A stretch of 61,839 nucleotides of DNA, the filler included, from Sphacelaria rigidula (taxonomy: Eukaryota): assembly GCA_964200075.2 (NCBI GenBank). It is 9 parts of 9 records of this genome, joined end to end, with 100 filler letters (N's around TTAATTAATTAA, not from the genome) between each part and the next. Parts side by side here need not be neighbours in the genome. Positions count along the whole stretch, not along the records: positions 55,058 to 61,839 come from CAXNAA020018119.1; 8 more parts are not named here. One strand, 5' to 3'. Below the pieces are notes generated by a model, which saw only the letters and a list, made by a program, of their open reading frames with translations, did no database searches and was not told where the DNA came from. Made by a program: the position numbers and the translations under genes. Positions 60,120 through 61,839 of the stretch are shown one piece after another (the stretch's first letter is position 1; the number at the start of each line of letters is the position of its first letter).

Positions 60120-61839
60120 GGTGCGTTTCTCTGCTTCTGCTCCTTGCCCCTTCTGTCTAGGCTACACTTCCGTATGCTCGTTTTTTTCTTGATATCAAGC
60201 TCCTCGTTTTTTTACAGGCTTTTCACTGTTTTCAACCCTTTTGGAACCGTTGGTCGAAAATTGACGATTTACGTTTGACGTTTTTCCGGGCAAGAAATGA
60301 TTATTTTTCTACAGCTCTCGAGCAAACGATTTGCCCAAAGTGTGTTTTTCAGACCCGTGCGAAAGGAAGGTGGAAGAAGAATGGGTTCGAAGGTTCTCTG
60401 TTTTATGGGTATGGCGAATTGTTCGACCCGTCGGTGTTTTGTAACCCCGGCCAGAGTGCACGGCTGACTCTCCGTGAAGCAACCTTCACGCCAAACCTGC
60501 ATTGGATGCTCTGCACCGCATCATAGTAAGCTTGCGCATAAGTTGAAATAACAAAGGCGAAACCGACGGCATATTTACCTCACTTATGCCCCCGTCTCCT
60601 GCCCGTATTCGCAGACAATCACCGTCAGGCCCTGTGGGGATGTGCTCACCTACTCCTCTGTACTGCGTGTGATCATGATATTTTCAGCTCATGTCACGGG
60701 TAAACTCATGCCGTGCATGCTACTGTACCCTGTCGTATGCGTTTACACGGCACCAAACTGCGGTTTGATCATTCCATAACGGCGGCGAGGATGCGATGTA
60801 CCCCGCCGTTATACACACTCCTGGTGCAGCGTAGACGGGGGCCGTTACTTTTGCATATCCGATACAGGCGGTCACTTTCTAGGCTGTAATCTTCCGGCAT
60901 ATCTCATCCTGCGCTTTGTGCTGTACGTTCCGACGACACCGCCTCTATACTGGGGGTTGGTGATGTCTGAACGTTGCACAACCGTACTTTGTGCTGCGTG
61001 AGGTGTATTACTCCATCTGGCGCTATCGCCTTTGGACCGTGTGTCCTGGTGGGTGGCGTTGAGGTTTCATGCAATAATATTGCATACCTTCTGTCTTCTG
61101 GCATGGAAGACCGTTACATCGTTATCCAGTTATACTGGACTGTAGTGTAGTGTAGTTACTGACTGTAGTTGTAGTTGGGTTGGGCTGGTCGCGAAAGGCT
61201 GTCCTGGTCGTTTGTCGACCGTTTTGCTAGGATGTCGCCTGTCTGGAAGCTTGGAATCACGTGCGCCTGGTGTCTCCTACATAATCCTGTGTGCCTCGAT
61301 GCGTATTCTCTTGCTGCGATTACCGTGCTGACGCTCGGTAAGCGAGCGGGGGAGCCGGTGTGAGCCGGAGGCCAATGGGCTGCCCCAACAGCTGTTTCCA
61401 GCGAAACGCCTGACAGCGTTCTTACCGTGCTTCTCAGCCATCTCTTCCAGCTGAACGTGAATTGCATATGGATCGCTCTTCAGCGCTTCCATATGTAGCG
61501 ACAGGATTTCCACGTACTCCCCCCCACATCATTGTCGCCGGCCGTGTAGTGTGGCTTCCTACGTTCGCGAAGTGTTGTTGATGATGCAGGCCACCAAAAC
61601 GGCGCACTATTCTAATTTCAAGTATACTAGCGCCCCACTTTGAGTTCAAGTACACTAATGTGACGGGTTCGTGCACCGAACTCGAATTGACGTTTTTTCG
61701 CAGATTCTACTGACAAAAATGACATGTATCGGAGTTTTTACTGTTTTGCGAGAGTCTCATCGATGCACACGATTGGACACACTTCGCCCGTCGCGTGATA
61801 TCATTGGACAAAACCAACTCGACCGTTCCGGGGTTTCAT

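Overview
This window is not one locus. It is nine unlinked contigs of near-identical length (6783 bp, then 8 x 6782 bp) joined by 100-nt artificial spacers (N44-TTAATTAATTAA-N44): 1-6783, 6884-13665, 13766-20547, 20648-27429, 27530-34311, 34412-41193, 41294-48075, 48176-54957, 55058-61839. The DNA is eukaryotic and repeat-rich, with short exons and 0.25-2.4 kb GT-AG introns. I infer a stramenopile, most likely a brown alga. Hand-splicing recovers five genes that the ORF track misses or fragments: a Pumilio/PUF protein (7 exons, +), a trehalose-6-phosphate synthase domain with altered active-site residues (4 exons, +), a small MYND zinc-finger protein (3 exons, -), the first two exons of a NEK kinase (-) and the last three exons of a choline-transporter-like (CTL/SLC44) protein (-). 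The rest is mobile DNA. It includes an inverted nest of decayed Ty3/gypsy elements, a decayed LINE, a probable decayed DIRS-type element, a tRNA-derived SINE and several MITE families whose TIRs and TSDs can be read (piggyBac-like, Tc1/mariner-like, Sola-like and one with a 5-bp TSD), some nested three deep. The most unusual non-coding structures are a phased 29-bp array with a palindromic core (42982-43595) and a CAG/CTG-armed foldback (12755-13027). I found no CRISPR array, rRNA, intact tRNA or intact autonomous transposon, and cannot claim a demonstrated new system. All family assignments come from motif recognition by eye, without database searches.
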